Position numbers and translations under genes: made by a program. Positions 49,570 to 63,156 of a stretch of DNA of 64,000 nt are shown here, in pieces. The stretch is taken from positions 52,569,169-52,633,168 of the forward strand of contig JARDVH010000073.1 of NCBI GenBank assembly GCA_030324005.1. The letters are read 5' to 3'. How positions within the stretch are numbered: the stretch's first letter is position 1; every line of letters starts with the position of its first letter. The DNA comes from Negaprion brevirostris (Eukaryota). Below the pieces are notes generated by a model. The model saw only the letters and a program-made list of their open reading frames with translations. It made no database searches and had not been told where the DNA came from.

Positions 49570-52450
49570 TTACATGAATTAAAGGCACAAATAGAAACAA
49601 GTCTGAAAACCATTACCAAGACATATTGCAAGGGCATCAATGTTTGAAACCAAATATTCAAGAACACTTGATATTTCAGAATGATAGGCAGCAAGGAAAA
49701 GAGGATAGGATGCCTCTGCTAATAAAGGACAAAATCAGTACAGTGGTAAGAAATTATCTTGGCTCAGAAGATCAAGATACAGAATCAGTTTGGGTGAACA
49801 TAAGAAATAGCAAGGGAATAGGTCACTGGTGGGAATTGTCTTTAGGCACTGAAAGTAGCTACTGATCAAACAGAGTATAATGCAAGAAATACTGTTAAAT
49901 TGTGAGAGATTTAATTTTCATATTGATGTGACAGATCAAATTGGCAAAGGAAACCTTGAAGACGACTCGCCAGAATGTATTTGGAACAGTTTCTTAGAGT
50001 GATACATTGTAGAACCAACCACAGTACAGACTATTTTCAATCTGGAAATGTGTAACGAGATGGGATTAATTAATGATCTCACAGTAAAACATCCTCTACT
50101 GAAGAGTGAGCATAACATGGTGGAATTTCAAATTCAGATTGAGGATGGTGAACTTGGGTCTTAAAGTGGTTAAATGTGGACTTGAAAATTGATTAAAAGG
50201 TAAGAGAGTAAATAATTAATTACAGAAATTTGTGGAGATAGTTCAGATTTCTCAAAATGCTATGACTGAACTTCAAAAATAATTAATTGACTGTAAAGTG
50301 TTTTGAGATATCTCGTGATTGTGTTATATAAATTCATGTCTTTTTTTCTTTATATTCCATTTGAGAAAGACTCCAGCAGAAAGGTGAACTATCTACTTGA
50401 AAGTCAAAGATGGTATCAAAGATTGAGAAATTTTAGAAACAAGCGCAAGATTTCTAAACAAAAGGAAAAATAAATAAATTATGAGTGTAAACCAGTGAGA
50501 AATATAAAATCAGACACTCAGAGCTGCCACAAATATATTAAAAAGGAAGAGAATAGCTGAAGTAAAATGTTGATCCTTTGGAGGATGAGACTGGGGAGTT
50601 AATAATGGGAAACAAATAAATGTCACCTTTTGAACAAGTATTTTATACATGTATTCATGGCAGAAGATACCAACGGCATTCCAATAATAGTAGCTAATCA
50701 AAAAGAAATGGAAAGAGGAATTTAAAACAATCATTATTATTAGGAAAAACTAGGCAAACTAATGAGACCAAAGATTGTAATTTCCTTTGGACCTGATGGT
50801 TTGCTGCAGATATAGTTACATTAGTTGTAATCTTCCAAAATTCCCTACAATCTGGGAAGGTCCCAGTGAATTGGAAAACTGCAAATGTAACTCTCCTATT
50901 CAAGACAGACAGAAAAAAAACTGTCAGCCAGTTAGCCTAACCTCTGCCATTGGGAAATTACTGGAATCCATTATCAAGAAAGTGGTTGCAGGGCATTTAG
51001 AGAATCGTAATGCAATCAAGCAGAGTTAACATGGTTTTACAAAAGGGCATTGCGCTTGACAAATGTATTAGAGTTATTTGAGGATGTAACAAGCAGGATG
51101 ATTAAAGGGGAACCAGAAGACGTGGTATATTTGGGTTTCTAAAGGGCATTCAATAAGATGCTGCAATAGTTAGTTCACAAGAGCTTGTTGCGTGTGAACT
51201 AATTAGCACTGGTGGGGAACTGACTAGGTAACAGAAAGCAGCAATTGAGGATTAATGGGTAATTTTGAGTATGGCAGTTTGTAACTAGCAGAGTGCTACA
51301 ATGATCAGTGCTGGGCCCTCAACATTTTGCAGTTTATGTTAATGACTTGGATGAAAGGACAGATTGCAGCCAAACTTACTGATGATACAAAGGTAGGTAG
51401 AATTGTAAGTTGTGAGAAGAACATTAGGGGCAAAGCAGTGTCATAACTCTAATGCCAGGGTAAATTCAGGGCGCCATCTCCAAACAACAACTGCATCAAT
51501 CACATGATGCTATTTTGAAATGTCAATGCCTTAATTAGGCCATAGGTGAACTTGGTGTCCAATGAGTGGCACAAATGCCTCTAGGAGGCAGGATCTGTCT
51601 AAAACATGCAAACAACAAAGGCAGAAGACAGCCATGATGAGGGCTTGCCACTGTCTCGCTGAGGAGAGCGGACCGGATACCAAAAGGGTAACAACACAGA
51701 AGCTTAAAAAAGTTTCTGGACAAATCAGGGATAATATGCCTGATCCATGTAAGATCTCCCATAGTCCAATAAATTCCAATTAATCAAAGAAATCATTTCC
51801 CTTTGCCCGGACTGTTTAGATTCACCAAATCCATTTCGAAAAATTGCAGTTTTGACCTCACCAGCCCACTAACATGCTTTTCAAGGAGCTTAATGGGCCA
51901 TTAATTGTAGGCGAGCAGGTTCTCTGTTACCTTCCTGGCCCCGCATTTTGAAAATTGACGACTGCCACAGAAGTGTCGGGATCCAAATTTGCCGATGAGG
52001 AATCTGATTTTTAAATCACACCCGCACCCCATCCTGATTCTGCTAACAATTAAAAATCTGACCCAAAGAATCCACATAGCAATATAAATAGGTTAATTGA
52101 ATGGGTTAAAATCTAGCAGATGGAGTATGATATGAGGTTGCCCACTTTCGCAGGAAAAATAGAAAAGAGAATAGAAAGAGCAAACTGAATGCTGCAAAGG
52201 TATCTGTCTACTTGAATCACAAAACGTCAGCATGCAGGTACAGCAAGTAATTAGGAAAGTAGTGAGTTATTCATCTTTATTACGTGGAGGATGGAATATA
52301 GAAGTGGAAAAGTCTTGCTACAGTTGTGGAGGGCATTGATGAAACTGTACCAAGAGTACTGCATACAGCTATGGTTTCCTTATTTCATGAGAAATATATT
52401 TGTATTTGAGGTAATTCAGAGAAGTTCATTAGGTTGATTTCTGTGTTGAA
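49570..52450 (+). mobile_element. Degenerate CR1 LINE ORF2, interrupted by an insertion at about 51425-52065
   Basis: ESVWVNIRN, WKTANVTLLF, PVSLTSAIGKLLESIIK, SVLGPQHF..YVNDLD, KLTDDTK. Confidence 0.85.
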
Positions 52451-52609
52451 AGGATCACTAGGATTGTTTGTCTTCTAAATAACAATGATATTAATTGGTT
52501 GTGAAAGATTTTGGCAAATGAATGGGCTTCTGAACACACAGAAGTATGCGCAATTCATCCCTGGCTATTCTCATAAATTCTGCTCTCTGTAAACCTCATA
52601 ATATTATGA

Positions 52610-52990
52610 GAAGATAAAGGAGCAAGGTAAGCCCATTTGGCCCATTTAGCCTACTCTGCCATTCAATAAGATCATGGCTGATTTGATTGTGGCTTTATTT
52701 CCACTCAATAACATTCCCTATAACATTCAACTCCCTTGTAGATCAGAAATCTGTCAAATTCATCTATTTTTCCATCACTCTTGGGTTGGAGGGTAAAGAA
52801 TTCAAAATAATCTGTGTGAAGAAATTCCTCCTCATCTCTGACTCAGATGGGAAATCCCTTATTTTGAAACTGCATCTCCTAGTTCTAGATTTTCCCATGA
52901 GGGGAAACATCTTCTTGTCACCTACCATGTCAAGCCCCATCAAGATTCTTCTAAACACCATTGAGTGTAGACCCAACCTGCTCAACCTTT
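52610..52990 (-). mobile_element. CR1 3' end
   Basis: KMFPLMGKSRTR...EMRRNFFTQ; CR1 tail. Confidence 0.8.
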
Positions 52991-53177
52991 CCTCAAGACA
53001 CTCCCTATTTCTTTCTGCTTCTTCACCCCCATTTGGAATTGTATCCTTTAGTTTATATTGTCCCTCTTTGTTCCTCCTACCAAAATGAACATTTTACTAT
53101 TTTTGGCATTGATTTTTATTTGCATATGTCTGTGACTTAGAAATGATGATTAAATGAATTGTGATGTATGAAGAAGA

Positions 53178-53488
53178 TGGGGTGGCATAGTGGTTAGCGC
53201 TGTTGCCTCAGAGTGCCAGAGACTCTGGTTCAATTCCAGCCTTGGGTCACTGTGTGGAGTTTGCACATTCTTCTCTTGTCTGCATGGGTTTTCTCTGGGG
53301 GCTCCAGTTTCCTCCCACAATCCAAAGATGTGCAGATTAGGTTGATTGGCCATGCTAAATTGGCCCATCGTGTCAGGGGACTAGCAGGGTAAATATGTGG
53401 CGTATGGGAATAGGGCTTGGGTGGGATTGTGGTCAGTGCAGACTCAATTGGCTGAATGACATCCTTCTGCGCAGTAGGGATTCTATGA
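53178..53488 (+). mobile_element. HE1-type V-SINE
   Basis: tggcatagtggttagc...ggttcaattcc...tgtggagtttgcac...gtagggattctatga. Confidence 0.9.
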
Positions 53489-54090
53489 AGATAAAATAGA
53501 AGTTACTAAAGGATAAGCAGTGGGGAGAGACGTGGCTGTAATTGAGGCTTGATTTGAAGTCATGCAGTCAATGTGACAGTTGTGGGTCAGAGGATGTTAT
53601 AATGGCCTCAAGTCCAGTCTCAGGAATAAAGTATTTTTAAAAGATAGATGCCAAAGAGGGAAAAGCTATAGTTCATGAATTATTGACAATAGTATTGACT
53701 AAGGGCTGTGGAGGTTTTGAGGTTGGGAGGTATGCCAAGGAGGAGTTGGAAGCAGGCAGTTAAATCCCAATCTCACAAAAATTGAGCCATAAAAAGTTAC
53801 AGAAAATCCTCTGCAATTAATTGTGTGCAGTACAAGGAGGCAGAATCCAGCATTCAAAATATTTAATTCATCAGAGTAGGAGGGAGGGCAGTTGAGTTGA
53901 TGCAACAAAAAGTGAAGGGACAGCAAGTTTACAGTCCACAAAAAGTATTTTTACTGTCAAGATATTGTGGTGGAGGAATTGAAAATAGGCNNNNNNNNNN
54001 NNNNNNNNNNNNNNNNNNNNNNNNNNNNNNNNNNNNNNNNNNNNNNNNNNNNNNNNNNNNNNNNNNNNNNNNNNNNNNNNNNNNNNNNNN

Positions 54091-54510
54091 TGTCACTACC
54101 TGCCTCATGGTTCACAATTATTTCAAATTTTGTGTCATCTGCAAATTTTCAAATTTTGCCTTGTACTCCCAAGTTAAAGCCATGAATACATAGCAAGAAA
54201 TGTTGTGGCCCCAGTTAAGGCCGCTGTATACCTGCTTCCCGTTCAAAAAACAGCTGTTCCATCACTACTCTCTGTTCATTGTCACTTAGCCAATTTTATA
54301 CCCAAGTTGTTGCTGTCCCTCTTATTCCATGAGCTTGAAGTTTGCTAGCAGTCCGATTACCAAATACCATTTGGAAGTCCATATACACATCAACCACATT
54401 ACGCCCTCATCAACTCTCAGTTACCTCATCAAAAATCTCAGATGGTTAGTTAAACACAATTTGCCTTTAACTGATCGGTGCAAGTTTTCTTTCATTAATC
54501 CACAATAGTC
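54091..54510 (-). mobile_element. CR1-group RT fragment
   Basis: Reverse-strand DVYMDFQ and KFENFADDTK-like remnants. Confidence 0.65.
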
Positions 54511-54521
54511 CAAGTGACAGT

Positions 54522-55532
54522 TTGGGCAGAATTCTCACAATAAGATTCTGTGTCAAATTCGCGTGAAAACTGGAGTAATTCACACTTTTTTTCCAATGAG
54601 AGTTCAGAGAAGAATCTCCCAAACTCTGTGCACTGCAGAGGCCACCAGCATGACTATCATTAAATTTCAGGGACGGGGTNNNNNNNNNNNNNNNNNNNNN
54701 NNNNNNNNNNNNNNNNNNNNNNNNNNNNNNNNNNNNNNNNNNNNNNNNNNNNNNNNNNNNNNNNNNNNNNNNNNNNNNNNNNNNNNNNNNNNNNNNNNNN
54801 NNNNNNNNNNNNNNNNNNNNNNNNNNNNNNNNNNNNNNNNNNNNNNNNNNNNNNNNNNNNNNNNNNNNNNNNNNNNNNNNNNNNNNNNNNNNNNNNNNNN
54901 NNNNNNNNNNNNNNNNNNNNNNNNNNNNNNNNNNNNNNNNNNNNNNNNNNNNNNNNNNNNNNNNNNNNNNNNNNNNNNNNNNNNNNNNNNNNNNNNNNNN
55001 NNNNNNNNNATCCCAACTGTAGAGTGGCAGTGGACCACCCATTCCCACCAATTGTCCCATAGCCCTGACCCCTTGGCACTGCCTCATTCCCAATGGGCAG
55101 TGCCATGGTGCCTCATGGTGCGTCATGGGCATTGGCACTTTGCCCCTTGCGTAGTGCCCAGGCTGGCACTGCCAAGGTGCCAATGCCCAGGGGGTAACAC
55201 CCCACACCACCCGACCCCCTAGGGGCCCTGATTGTCGCTCTTTACTCCAGTGGGGTTGGGCTGCCAGCTCCCCAAAGGTGGAGAGCAAGTGTAATCCCTG
55301 CTGGAGTGAAACACTCTGGCAGGGTGGGAGACACTAGCGGACTCAGAGACTTCAGTCCCTGGGCCTGCTAACGATATTCAAATAATATTTAAATGGCCAT
55401 TTAAATAGTCTGTGCATTTCCTGTCAATTTCTGGCACAGAGCAGGCTCTGCCGGAAATCCAGCGCCAGGAGGTGCTAGCAGGGTGCAAACACACATGCAA
55501 ATCGGCCGCAACAAGGTGGGAAAATCATTGCC
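54522..55532. mobile_element. GC-rich interspersed repeat, probably a non-autonomous DNA transposon
   Basis: gggcagaattctc start; ggcact/gtgcc-rich body resembling 63300-64000; no ORF; terminal repeats weak. Confidence 0.4.
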
Positions 55533-57217
55533 TTAATGTTTCCCACTCCTGTGAAGTGTCTTGGAATATTATACTACGTTAAAGGCACATTATATGTCGG
55601 TATTGTTGGATAGTCATTTCTAAAAACATTCCCAACATCAAAGTAGTTTATGCTCCATACAATCTTCTTCCCACCCTACTGTGTCTAATCCTACCATACC
55701 TCCTTCTAAAGCTTCCTTGTGGAGAGAACACAGATGTGGAATCTTGCAGTTCTGCAACTATCTCTGCCAAATAATCAATCAATTATTAATCTGTGATTAT
55801 TTGGTTAATGCTAAACTAGCTGCTCTTCAGGTTAACGTGCATGTGTTAATCAGGTGCTAAGGTTATTACATCTGTCAAGATCACATCACATTAATACTGC
55901 AAGCATTGCATAGAGCAGTTTGTGTACGGAACACATTTGCATTCGTGTTTTCAAATGCAATTATTACAATCTTGGTGGAGACCAGTAAAGTTTTTTAGAA
56001 TCTAAAAACCTGGGTATTTACTGAAGCCACAAGATTCACTGTTTTAAGCAAAGCTTGCTCCACAAAATCAGATAAATTGAAAATTAATAGCTACATTCTA
56101 TCTTAAATAGTCATTATGGTGAAGATATTAAAAGTACAAAATTCTTAACTCAAATTTCCTTCCATACACATTTGACTTTCACCCCAAAATCCCAAATTAG
56201 AGACATATCATAATATTGGGATGAGGACTACTTTGAAGATTTGTATAAGGGTTGAGGTTCTTGGGTCTTCGGTTTACTTCTGGCAAGATTTCCCTTCAAG
56301 TCTCCTACAACAACCCCAAGGTATAGACTCCCAGTTCATAAGACTTGCTAACAGCTTAAGCGTAGCCATTTCAGGTCAAAAATCTTCTAGTTTCAAAGTT
56401 CTTTAACTCTGATCTTGTATCAAGGACTCTCTCTTTCTTCTCAGCTTCTATGTCCCAGAAGTCCAACTCACTATCAGCACAATCTTTCAGTTATCAAGAT
56501 TTTTAGAACTCTTGACAAGAACGCAAAATTTTAACTGAAACCTGCTTGGAGGAGATGTTCCTTGCATCCAGCTTGTTCTAAATTAAAACTGAATTATTTG
56601 AATACAAAACCACACCCAGGAAGCTACTCGCACCTATAATTAATTTCTGTTGTTTATCTCCTAGGCACATTGGTCAAATGACCAGCAACTGGAAGCAAGT
56701 GGCTGTTTACAAGGCATCATTTTTCAGAGAACCAGTTCTTAAAGGGACCATCATGCCAACAGAAAATGTAAGTTTTCCCCCAAAAACACATAGGCCATCA
56801 CACAATTCTTGCACTGTGTGCAAGTTGGGTCAATCATTTTTTTAAAAAGCTAATTTTGGCCTTATGGTGTCTGTTTCCCTACTCCAGATTGGACAGCAAG
56901 TGTCTATGATAATCCAAGGCATTGGCTTTTCAAAATGGGTCAATGGACGGGATTTTATGCCTCGCTCAAATGAGACTGGAAATTCCTGACAGAAGTCAAC
57001 AGACATTTCCATTGTCCACCCCTTGCCTGTTTCAATTCCGTGGTGGGTGAGGTGGCAGAATTCTAGCGAATGTGTCTACATGGTGGTCTGGAGCTGGCCT
57101 CAACTCATGCCATTTGTACGTTAGTCCTGAATATCATAAGCCCACAGTCCCACAAGTAAGACAGGCAATCGTGGCTACCAGTGCCTGACAGTATAGACCC
57201 ATAAAGTATCATTGGAC

Positions 57218-57518
57218 TAAGAACATAAGAACATAAGAAATAGGAGCAGGAGTTGGCCATCTAGCCCTTCGAGCCTGCCCCGCCATTCANNNNNNNNNNN
57301 NNNNNNNNNNNNNNNNNNNNNNNNNNNNNNNNNNNNNNNNNNNNNNNNNNNNNNNNNNNNNNNNNNNNNNNNNNNNNNNNNNNNNNNNNAGTTCCTGGCC
57401 CATTCGCCCAGCCTATCTAGATCCTTCTGCAGACTCTCCACACCCTCCGCGCAATTTGCCGTTCCATCAGCAAATTTCGACACCAGACACTCGGTTCCCT
57501 CCTCCAGATCATCTATAT
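57218..57518 (-). mobile_element. Young CR1 3' fragment spanning a gap
   Basis: SKFADGT...LQKDLDRLGEWA; (aagaacat)n tail. Confidence 0.85.
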
Positions 57519-58586
57519 ACTAGAATGGGCATCTCATTTGCATGGTGTCATATGGTTCCTGCACTCATGAGGTAGAAACAATTTTTTTGAATTGCTCATC
57601 TCAAGAGTCTATACCATTTTCTTTTTGTTAGATACCCCCATGAAACGCTGCTGCAGATCAATGTGGCCTCGAAAAATACACTGGCTCCTATTGAGGCAGT
57701 GGAAGCAGGGACACTTAGCTTTTAGTATTTTTATCCCTTGGGATCACCGGGAATACAAAGAGCAGCTGGAGGACTCAATCTTTTATCAGAACTCCCAGTC
57801 TTATTCATGATCCACCCTATCCTGGTTCCTTCCAATTCCAACTGAGTCAGCTATGGCCAGGACCTGGAGTTAGATTCCAATCTATAATCTTAAGCAGCCT
57901 TGGATGACCAGTACAGTTTTGAGGAAGTTCTGCAGTGTCAGTGGTGCTGTTTCTCGGTGGTCGTACAGGATCCCACAAGTTTGAAGAACAGTAAGGGAAT
58001 TCTCCCTAGTGCCCTGCAACAAATTGATAGTGTCAATTACTTAAAGCAAGATCGTGCTCTCATTGAACATCAGAAGCTCTGTCGATAGTTATAGGCAGAG
58101 TGTGGGAGAAGAGGGTGCGCTGGATACAAAATGCAGAGGCTCAGGGACTAGAGGGATCCAGGCTTTCTGTGTTTGAAATGGAGTTTTTGTCATCCAGACT
58201 AAGCAGCCAGACCTGCAAGAGTGGCTGGCCCTTCAGGTCAGTTTTACTGACAGTTGCTATGCTACTGCTTCAGACCTTCGGGCAACTTTGTGGTTCCAAT
58301 TTCTTTTTAAATTTCGCCAGAAAAGTATGAAGCTGCCAGAAGGCCAACAGCAGCAGTTTGTAATCGCAGCAACTGTCACCACAGAGTGCCCACAGCTGCA
58401 AGTTTGGTTGACAAATGGTTAATTAAATCCCTGTAATCAGTTTAGAACCAATGAACGTGAGACGTGGGCCGGGTGGGAGGTAGGGTTGGCTGGTGGAACT
58501 TTAATGCCTCAAAATAAGGAACCGTTATGCTTCTCAAAATTCTTCTGACTTTAAATCCGCATGTATTTAGCAGTCTAAATTTTCAT

Positions 58587-58950
58587 TATAGAACAAAGAA
58601 CAAAAACAGCCCGGGAAACAGGCCCTTCAGCCCAACGAGCCCGCGCCGCCTATCTTAACACCACCAGTCCCCCCCTCCACCCATGACCCTTATCTATTGT
58701 TTTATGGCCATCCACATTGAGGGAAATTAATTTAGGGACAATTTATTCCTGCCAATCAGCCNNNNNNNNNNNNNNNNNNNNNNNNNNNNNNNNNNNNNNN
58801 NNNNNNNNNNNNNNNNNNNNNNNNNNNNNNNNNNNNNNNNNNNNNNNNNNNNNNNNNNNNNATCCTCCAGTCCTCTGGGACCTCACCTGTGTCCAAAGAA
58901 GAGACAAAGATTTGCGTCAGAGGCCCAGCAATCTCACCTCTCGCCTTCCT
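58587..58950 (-). mobile_element. CR1 LINE collapsed across a gap
   Basis: RLLRKARGEIAGPLTQIFVSSLDTGEVPEDWR; 3' tail agaacaaagaac. Confidence 0.8.
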
Positions 58951-59002
58951 AAGCAGCCTTATGCCCTTAAATAGACACAATTCTGATGGCATGCTTTGTT
59001 CA

Positions 59003-59297
59003 TCATCATAGAATCCCTACAGAAGGAGGCCATTTGGCCCATCAAGTCTGCACCAACAACAATCCCATGCAGGCCCTATCCCCATAACCCTGTATATTTA
59101 CCCTGCTAATCCCCCTGACACTAAGGGGTAATCTAGCATTAGCAATCAACCTAACTCACACATCTTTGGACTGTGGGAGGAAGCCAGCACAGACACAGGG
59201 AGAACATGCAAATTGCACACAGGCAGTGACCCAAGGATTTGAACCCGGATTCCTGGCACTGTGAGACACTAGCGCTGATCACTGTGTCACCATGCCA
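59003..59297 (-). mobile_element. HE1-type V-SINE
   Basis: Reverse complement of the 53178-53488 family. Confidence 0.88.
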
Positions 59298-60848
59298 TTG
59301 CAGACAAATTCTGCATGAGAATCGCGGCCTCATCAGAATAAGTGCAAGAAACTAAAAACCGGGAGTGATGCAAAATATGGCGTTAATTCACAGTCACCCA
59401 TTTTATTATTCTTGAAAAGTCTGGGATAGAAGTCCCTATTTGTCATGGAGAGATTGCTTAAAGAAAGTTTTACAAATCTCTACTCCATTCTAGGTTCACT
59501 ACCCCATTTAAAATTCAACAGAGGTGGTCACAATGTGGGACTAAAATTTCTCTGGGGATGAGGATTCCCGATTATCCATTGCAATTTTGGAAAAAAAACC
59601 ATTGAAGTTCCAGAGAAACAGGGTTTTTCCCAAAATCCTATGCTTCTAAAAATGCATTTTGCTCTTAGAATATTGTTGTCACACTTTTTTACTTTAGAAT
59701 TTCTTACTTATTAGTTACATTTTTTCTCTTAATTTGTCTGCTTCTCTCACACACATCAGACACATCAGAATTTAAGAAAAAAATGATTTGCATATTTACT
59801 TAGAACAAATATAATATCAGATCATGTTGAACCTGTGGGGATAGGCTATATACTCACAGTGTACGACACAATTTGCATGACAGCTTCTGGGGAAATGAGG
59901 GAAGAAAACAATTCTTGAGATAAGGCTGCACTGAATTTTTGTACTATATATCGTCCTCTGAAAAATTTGGATCAACAATTCATTCAACACTTTTCTTGAG
60001 CTGATGCTAGATATCTGATTGATTAATTATGTTATCCACAGGATCAAAGTAAAGGGGATAGATGCAATTTATGCTAAAATTTGGTAGGCACCAGAGAAGC
60101 CAGAGTGGTAAGGTTGTATTAACTATAGAGTTGAATTGTTTTGTAAATGTAGTGATTTATTTGTAGTCAGTTTCCTAACATTAGTTAATTGTCCTGTGAT
60201 TAATTATCCTGGGAAATCAGCATTGAGAATTTCACTATTGCTCGTCACGCTGTGTACTGTATGCAGATCTAAAGATACATTTATACAGCACTTTTCGCAA
60301 TGTTCCAAGTCACTTTACAACCAATTAAGTACTTTTAAATTGTAGTCATTAACATAACATAGGCAAAGTTATGAAATGGCAGAACAGGCTTGGGAGGCCA
60401 AGTAGCCTTTTCATGCCTCTGTATATCATTCTGGATGGATGATATTAACTAAGCTAGATGGCTCTATCATCCATAATTATCTTGAGATCAGAGAGTGGAA
60501 TCATGGCTGTAGTTCTGTTTATTTTGTTGCTCATGGAAATTTACTGAGTGCAGGCATGGTGGGATGAAATTGTCAGGCCAGGAGAGCATAATGGACTCAT
60601 AATGAATCAGTAACCTGTTCTACACTGCACATGATTGTTCAAGTCTTTTCCATTGGCTTCCCCATCTTTCCATTCTACCTCGGTGCTTTTATGAGTTTTT
60701 CAAGGTATTTATCATGATAAAGTTATGCTGCAGTGTCGATATTGAAAATATATTGCAGTGAGAAGCAGCAATCAGCAGGCATCTCAGACTCGCTGAAGAA
60801 AATATTTGCAGGATTTTCCCTGGATTAGTTACAAAGGTGATATCCATT

Positions 60849-60867
60849 GGGCCACTAGGTGGCGGTA
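60849..60867 (+). promoter_or_regulatory. Candidate CTCF site
   Basis: gggccactaggtggcggta is a close match to the CTCF core CCACYAGGKGGC; motif only. Confidence 0.55.
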
Positions 60868-61069
60868 TATTACCCTCCAAAAAACAATGCTCCCACGCCG
60901 AAGCCAGAGATTAATTGAAGTGATGTATTTGTTAATCAATTAATAGCTAACTACAAAACCAAAATTGCATATAGTATGTTTTGTTGTTCAAAACGTATCA
61001 AATTCTTTCTTTCAAGGGAATTAAAGAAGAGAAAATAACTCTTGCAGAAGTAAAGCTATTGCCTGATAG

Positions 61070-61277
61070 TGTGGCGTTGGGCGTTTGCTCCACAGTAAGA
61101 AGTCTGACAACACCAGGTTTAAGTCCAACCGATTTATTTGATAGTAAACTCACAAGCTCTCGAGGTTAACCCTCTTCATCAGGTGAATGGAGAGTTCTGG
61201 CCAGAACATGATGTGGAGATGCCAGCGTTGGACTCCATTACCCCAGTCCAACGCCGGCATCGCCACATCATGTTTGG
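61070..61277 (-). mobile_element. Penelope terminal-repeat fragment with hammerhead-like core and fold-back hairpin
   Basis: Same terminus as 18044-18138; minus strand ctgatga-agagggttaacctc-gaga; inverted repeat 61206-61273. Confidence 0.8.
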
Positions 61278-62844
61278 TCCACAGGCAGAGTTATTCAGAT
61301 TCTCAAATCCAATTACCATTCAGTTATCTCAACTCCACTCTGTTCCCTAACTTCCCTTACTTAACAAAAAAATCTAACAATCTCACTTTGCTGTCTCAAC
61401 AGCTTTTTGAGGAGAAGTTCCACATTTCCAGTATCTCTTTATGAGAAAACGTGTCTCCTCATATTACCCTTGAATGGCTTTGCTCTGATTTTAAATTTAT
61501 GCTCCCTAGTTCTGGTCTTTCTCACTCAAGAGAAAAAGTTTCTCTCTGTCTACTCTATCAAATTCTTTAATTATCTATACACTTAAATCACCTTTATACT
61601 TTATTCTTAAGGAATAATCTTAATCAATGCAATTTGCCCTTATAGTTTAACCCTTCTAGTCCCTGAAATGGGATAAAAGTGGGAGACTTTGAAGTCAACC
61701 TATGGGTCAAAGTTTTTTAATGTGTCTTCCCACTCGCACTGTTTTTTACCTTTAGGGAAATAATGGGGAAATGGTGGAAGGATTCCTGAACTGATTAGCA
61801 GCTGAATGGCATTATGCACACTCCTTCCATGGCCACAAGGTCCTGGCGTTATACATGAAGTAAAAAGTCTGACAACACCAGGTCCCAGGCCTTCTATGGG
61901 TCACATGGCCAAACAACATTAAAGATACTGGAGGCCCATGAACAAGAATCAAACAGGCCTGCATTCACCATTAAGACAATAAGGTTTGGAGCAGAATTAG
62001 GCCATTGGGCCCATTGACTTTGCTCTGCCATTCAATCATGGCTGATATGAGTCTCATACCCATTCTCCTGCCTTCTCCCTGATAAGATATTGGAGGAGGA
62101 TTATAGGAGTATAGGACGATATTAAGAGGGGACTTCACAATGTAACTGGATCACCTAAGCTACATTCTGGTCACACAATGAGGAGATGCTCTAATAAACA
62201 TTCTCTGGCTGATCTTCCCTCTCTTACTATCCCCTTCCCTCCCTCTCCAGGACAACTTCGCTTTCCTCAGTGGGTGACCAGCGTTCTGACGTTCTTTGGT
62301 GCTGGAAATTATCCCACCCCAATATTCCTGACACAACACACTCAGGGATTCATGAAAATATTCCAATCAGCCAGCAGGTGTTAACATTGTTGGGGGATTG
62401 AGTGCTGAGGGAGTGGGCAGAGGTGGTGAGAGTGGAATGGTACGCTCGTGTGTTGGCAACTGAACATAGCACAGCAGGACAGCCTCATCGAGGTCAGGCA
62501 AAGAATTTTGGTGAGTCCTAACTGAACCGACCCCAGCCAGAGTGTTTGCTGGCATGTTCCAACTGGCCACACCACCCTCGAACCAGGGATAGGAGAAATC
62601 CATTCGTGTTCCTTGGGTAGCTGGCTGATCCCAGGTGAAAAGTTAACAGCATCTTGGGTAATTAACAAGATTGGATTTGGCCATGCCGCACCTAAAGTCA
62701 AACAGCCTGCCAGAAGCCCTGTGAAGAACACCCAGTTGGACAAAGCCTGAAATCTCAGGGTGCGCTGAGCAGTAATAGCAAACTTTGCACTTGTAAAGCG
62801 TTCTCTACAGCCTCAGCACAAAGCGCTTCACAGCTGTTCCGCGG

Positions 62845-63156
62845 CTCGGTGGCACAATGGTTGGAGCTGCTGCCTTACAGTGCCAGGGACCTGGGTTCAA
62901 TTCCAGCCTTGGGTCTGTGTGGAGTTTACATGTTCTCCCCATGTCTCCATGGGTTTCCTCCAGATGTTCTGGCTTCCTCCCACGGCCTAAAAATATGCAG
63001 GTTAGGTAGATTGGAATGTACATTAATATCCCAAGGTGTGTCAGTTAGGTGGATTAGCCATGGTAAATACAGGGGGTTATTGGGATAGGCCTTTTAGACA
63101 GTCAGTGCAGGCTTGATAGGCTGAATGGCTTCCTTTTCCACTGTAGGGATTCTATA
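62845..63156 (+). mobile_element. HE1-type V-SINE
   Basis: tggcacaatgg...gggttcaattcc...gtagggattctat. Confidence 0.88.

Noticed and set aside
53178-53250. tRNA-like A and B boxes
   Set aside because: SINE head, not a tRNA gene; the same applies at about 49280-49342, 59230-59297 and 62845-62905
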